The notes under the pieces were generated by a model that did no database searches, was not told where the DNA came from, and worked only from the letters and a program-made list of their open reading frames with translations. From positions 2,816,001-2,880,000 of the forward strand of contig CH464491.1 in NCBI GenBank assembly GCA_000002445.1: DNA of 64,000 bases. Reading direction: 5' to 3'. This DNA is from Trypanosoma brucei. Taxonomy: Eukaryota. The stretch's first letter is position 1. Each line of letters opens with the position of its first letter. The position numbers and the translations under genes were made by a program. Shown here piece after piece: positions 63,202 through 64,000 of this stretch.

Positions 63202-63984
63202 ATGGAAAATGATGTGGATGAAGAGGTTCGATTGCTATTGGCCGTGTTCCCTGACGAAGTAAAGAGGGATCCTGGTCATGCAGGGACCCTCATCGTTTCA
63301 CTGCCGTTCCGCTTTGAATTGCAAATAACACTCCCCCCGCATGGGTACCCTTCCACATCGCCTCCGTCATTGTTCGTCGCGTCTGGACCAAACGTAACTC
63401 TCATTAGTGAATACTCTTCCCAACTCTTGCGGCTCGTGCGGGAGGAGATTCCGCTCGGTGGGCCGATGCTCCTTCATATTGTAACACTTGCCCAAAACCT
63501 CGCCACCGAGCTTCAAGTGACGCGCGAAGCGCAGCGACAGGCAAAAGAGGAACAGCAGGCGAAACATAAGCTTGAAGCCGCGGCGAAGGAAGAGGAACTG
63601 CAGGTTACAGCAGTGGAAGTGTGGAGCAGTGATCCCATCACCGACCGGAAGTCCAAGTTTGTGGCGCACATGGCACGAGTAAACTCTGAGGCAGGTGTAC
63701 AGGAGGTGGTGCAGCATCTGCGGCGGCAGAAGCACATCGCGGAAGCTACGCACCCCACCATTTACGCCTACCGGTTCACTGACACTGCTGGAGTCTTGCA
63801 TGCCGATTGCAATGACGATGGTGAAACGGGGGCGGCGTCGCGGATTATGTTTCTGTTGGAGCAGAAGAAAGTGGACGGATACGTGGTGGTGGTGACACGC
63901 TGGTTTGGTGGTATATTATTGGGACCCGACCGGTTCAAACACATCATGGAGGTGGTGCACAATATTCTCTTGACAATGCCGTAA
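63202..63984 (+). CDS. IMPACT-family protein (RWD domain + Impact/UPF0029 domain)
   Basis: An N-terminal RWD-like region begins 'MENDVDEEVRLLLAVFPDEV'. The C-terminal 'ITDRKSKFVAHMARVNSEAGVQEVVQHLRRQKHIAEATHPTIYAYRF' matches the Impact_N/YigZ signature (compare 'DRGSRFQAH...KIASATHNIYAYRI'). Met at 63202 was preferred over the ORF-track start at 63166. Confidence 0.7.
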   Translation: MENDVDEEVRLLLAVFPDEVKRDPGHAGTLIVSLPFRFELQITLPPHGYPSTSPPSLFVASGPNVTLISEYSSQLLRLVREEIPLGGPMLLHIVTLAQNLATELQVTREAQRQAKEEQQAKHKLEAAAKEEELQVTAVEVWSSDPITDRKSKFVAHMARVNSEAGVQEVVQHLRRQKHIAEATHPTIYAYRFTDTAGVLHADCNDDGETGAASRIMFLLEQKKVDGYVVVVTRWFGGILLGPDRFKHIMEVVHNILLTMP

Positions 63985-64000
63985 CTCAGGTGATCGTGAA

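Noticed and set aside
1-64000. Retrotransposon/mobile element content (ingi/L1Tc/SLACS/VIPER-like)
   Set aside because: No reverse transcriptase, endonuclease or integrase-like ORFs are present. There are no terminal repeats or poly(A)-terminated insertions. The RPSA duplication lacks retroposition hallmarks.
1-64000. Prokaryotic 'novel defence/biosynthetic system' interpretation
   Set aside because: All recognisable proteins are eukaryotic housekeeping or cytoskeletal families: tubulin, kinesin, CK2-beta, CWC22, Vps28, RPSA. The gene organisation, unidirectional and intronless with polyY-AG spacers, is that of a trypanosomatid polycistron. No operon-like cluster of functionally linked genes is evident.

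Overview
The window reads as one strand of a trypanosomatid (Trypanosoma-like) polycistronic transcription unit. It holds about 25 intronless protein-coding genes, all on the + strand, separated by pyrimidine-rich intergenic regions that carry polyY tracts followed by AG (trans-splice acceptor-like signals), several (GT)n and (TA)n microsatellites, and long AU-rich ORF-free stretches. No bacterial, CRISPR or mobile-element features are present. The protein homologies I can support from sequence alone are listed here. An SNF2-family split ATPase of the SWR1/INO80 type, truncated at its 5' end by the window edge. Vps28 (ESCRT-I). CWC22, with MIF4G and MA3 domains. A kinesin-like protein with a degenerate P-loop. 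A VHS-domain (TOM1-like) protein. Two identical copies of 40S ribosomal protein SA inside a perfect 1.35-kb duplication whose copies sit 24 kb apart. A PUF/Pumilio protein. Casein kinase II beta. A NOB1-like PIN and zinc-ribbon nuclease. A gamma-carbonic-anhydrase-like left-handed beta-helix protein with a mitochondrial presequence. Two long coiled-coil proteins. A divergent delta-like tubulin. A PSP1-C-like protein. A J-domain protein with a SANT/Myb-like region. A giant 2823-aa protein carrying 17.6 near-identical 132-bp (44-aa) tandem repeats and several C2-like domains. An ALKBH6-like 2OG-Fe(II) dioxygenase with unusual extensions. An IMPACT homologue with RWD and Impact domains. I found no tRNA or rRNA genes and no retroelement ORFs. 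The 'undescribed system' framing suits prokaryotic islands rather than this eukaryotic core region. The points most worth follow-up are the dispersed perfect duplication of the RPSA gene, the giant repeat/C2 protein, the degenerate kinesin, and the 5.4-kb ORF-free strand-asymmetric region at 44.6–50.0 kb.
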